Source: Malacoraja senta (lineage: Eukaryota). From it: a DNA stretch of 64,000 bases. The notes beneath the pieces were generated by a model. It did no database searches. It was given only the letters and a program-made list of their open reading frames with translations, and was not told the DNA's origin. Positions 61,133 through 64,000 of this stretch are shown here, one piece after another. The stretch is from positions 1,674,001 to 1,738,000 of the forward strand of contig CM075991.1 of assembly GCA_038087875.1 (NCBI GenBank). The letters run 5' to 3'. The position numbers and the translations under genes were made by a program. Within the stretch, counting starts at the first letter, position 1. The number at the start of each line of letters is the position of its first letter.

Positions 61133-64000
61133 CTTTTTTTTTCTTTTAAAAATTTTTAATTCGTTTTTTTCAAAAGCAAAAACAAAACAACAAAAAAGTA
61201 ATGATAAACATAACAGTGATATTGATACATGGGGATCAGGGTTACATTAATGGCATGTATAACCTAAATATGAGTCCAGTGTCAACATACACATTGAATA
61301 TAGACCTCCCGGTCTCTATGTAAATATAGTTAAGTATTTAAAAGAAAACATATGTATAAAACAAAAAGATAAAAAGAAAAGAAAAAAAAGAGAAAAAACA
61401 AAAGAAACCCCCATAAACTAAAGAAGAAAAAGAAAAAGAAAAAGAAAAAGAAAAACTGAATGTGGGCTGCAAAGAGTTTCAACAATTTAAGTCCTTGTTT
61501 GTCGTCAAGCCCGTTCCACCGCATACCAGTAAAACAAATTTATTATAACAGTTGGAGAGGGGAAGGTTTATGTCGTATGAAAATGTTGAATAAATCTTCC
61601 CCAAGTCCTATCAAATTTAACCAAGGGTTCAACAATGTCACTCCTAATTTTTTCTAAATTTAAACATGATATCGTTTCAGAGTACCAATGGACTGTGGTC
61701 GGCGGATTGGAATCTTTCCATTTAAATAAAATAGCTCTTCTGGCAATGAATGTGGTAAAAGCAATCAGCCGATGGGCGGAATGGGACAGATGGATAGATT
61801 CTAACATTGGTAGCCCAAAAATTGCAGTAATAGGCTGAGGTTGTAAATCAATACCTAAAACTACATAGATAGTATCAAAAATTTCACTTACATCTGTCAC
61901 AGGTAGAATTTATATGACCATAAAAACAAGCTAACTTATCCTTTGACATATGAGCTCCGTGAACCACCTTGAATTGTATCAAAGCGTGTCTTGCACACAT
62001 TGAGGAAGTATTAACTAATTGAAGCATCCTCTCCCATTTCTCTATAGATAAAGAAATTTGATGTTCTCTTACCCAGTCATTCTTAATTTTATCAAATGTA
62101 TCTTTTTTAAATTTCAAAATCAACTCAAATAGTCGTTATTAAACCCTTCTGATAAAGGTTCAAATGTAAATTTTTTCCCAAAATTTCGGTTTGATGTGGT
62201 AACGGAAAAAAGGGTAGAGTAGCCCTCAAAAAATGTATAATTTGTAGATATCTAAAAAAATGTGAGCTAGGTAGATTATATTTATTGGAGAGTTGTTCAA
62301 AAGACATAAAACAACCATCCAAAAACAAATCACGAAAAGCTACTAATCCCTCTTCCATAACAGAAAGGCTTGATCAGTGCTAGAAGGTTGGAAGAAAAAA
62401 TTTGATATGATGGGACTCGATAAGATAAAATCATTCAATCCAAAAATTGAAACCATATTCGGTGTAAATGTCTTAATATTGTGTTAGTCGTATATTTATT
62501 CAATCTCGTAATTGTAAAAGGTAATGAGGCCCCCTAGAATAGAAGCCAATGATAGCCCTTGCATAGAGTCACGTTCAAGATTTATCCATCGTGGACATTG
62601 GGTATCTTCTAAATCTTTTCTCCAAAACGTTAAATAGCGAGCATTAACTGGCCAATGGTAAAATCTAAGATTCAGCAGTGCCAAACCACCATCTTTTTTT
62701 GATTTCTGTAAGTATTTTTTACTTAGTCTGGAATTTGTATTCTGCCATATATATAAGGAAATTTCGGAGTCAATAATATCAAAGAAAGATTTAGAAATAA
62801 AAAATGGTATAGTCTGAAATAAATATAAAAATTTAGGTAAGATAAAAATTTTAATAGCATTGATTCGGCCTATTAGAGATAAGGACATTGGTGACCATTT
62901 AGTGAACTGTTGTTTAATGTGTTCAATTAAAGGCGTAAAATTGGCTTTAAATAAATCCTTGTGTTTCTTAGTAATCTTAATGCCTAAATAAGTAAAACAT
63001 TCGGTAGTCAATCTAAATGGAAACTCTCCATAATTCGAAACTAAATTGTTTAATGGAAAGAGCTCACTCTTACTAAGATTTAGTTTATAACCAGAAAAAC
63101 TACTAAATTGATTAAGTAAAGCTACTGTTACTGGAATAGATTTCTCAGGGTTAGAAATGAATAATAACAGATCATCTGCATAAAGAGATAGCTTATGTGT
63201 CTTATTCCCACGGACAATACCAGAAATATTGGGGGATTCCCTAATAGCGGTGGCCAGAGGTTCCAAAGCGAAATCAAACATAAAGGACTTAAAGGACAGC
63301 CCTGTCTAGTACCTCGAAAGTTCCTGAAAAAAGGGAATCTCTGATTATTGGTAAGTACAGAAGCCAGATGTATATGATATATCAGCTTGATCCAAGAAAT
63401 AAATTTTGGACCAATCTTAAATTTTTCAAGAGTATTGAATAAGTATTCCCATTCTACTCTATCAAACGCCTTCGCAGCATCAAGTGAAATGACACATTCC
63501 TAAGTTTTATTTGACACTATATACAATATTCATTAATCTCCTAACGTTAAAGTATGAGTAACGATTTTTAATAAAACCTGTCTGATCTTCAGAAATAATT
63601 TGCGGTAAAATATTTTCCAATCTCATTGCTAATATTTTCGAAAGAATTTTGGATTCTACACTTCTATAGGATCTTTATCTTTTTTAAGAATTAAAGAAAT
63701 AGATGATTCATAAAAAGATTGTGGTAATCTATTCATTATAAAGGCTTCTTTAAAAACCTTGCATAGCCAGGGAGACAGTAAACTTGAGAAATACTTTAAG
63801 AATTGCAATGTGAATCCATCTAAACCAGGAGCTTTACCAGAATTCATCAAAAGGATTGCTTTCTGCATTTCTTCCTCCATGATGGGTTCATCTAACTACA
63901 GAGACTCATTAAGTGGTAAATTTGGCAAGTTCAGTTTCTTTAAGAACTCGGTATAGAGAGGTATAGAATTCCCGATTTATTAATTTCATCATGGTCTACA
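61133..64000 (-). mobile_element. Degenerate L1-clade LINE ORF2 3' half
   Basis: SGKAPGLDGF, LSLYADDLL, FTYLGI and GRINAIKIFILPKFLYLFQ motifs; AT-rich; poly(A) end at ~61133-61150; runs off the window. Confidence 0.92.

Overview
This is repeat-saturated vertebrate genomic DNA. The CR1/L2/Rex1/Penelope/Tx1 repertoire and an expanded-type GPR139-like receptor suggest a cartilaginous fish, probably a skate or ray (inference). The only apparently intact host gene is a two-exon GPR139/GPR142-like class A GPCR on the minus strand (16253-16187 + 12749-11842, 324 aa), whose first exon is missed by the ORF track. Upstream lies a complete Gmr1-like Gypsy LTR retrotransposon (18111-24903; 5-bp TSD, tRNA-Pro PBS, SCAN-like gag, copia-like PR-IN-RT-RH order) interrupted by a Penelope insertion carrying a minimal hammerhead-like motif. 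The window also holds a decayed ZFP36-family zinc-finger fragment, a class I endogenous retrovirus remnant (integrase + env, split by a 4.7-kb composite hAT-like element), a second SCAN-bearing Gmr1-type remnant with a tRNA-Ala PBS, a THAP-bearing fold-back DNA element, several MITEs (one only 30 bp), a 3.3-kb polypyrimidine tract and many nested LINE fragments. I could not support a wholly new biological system. All calls come from manual reading, and boundaries without a TSD are approximate.
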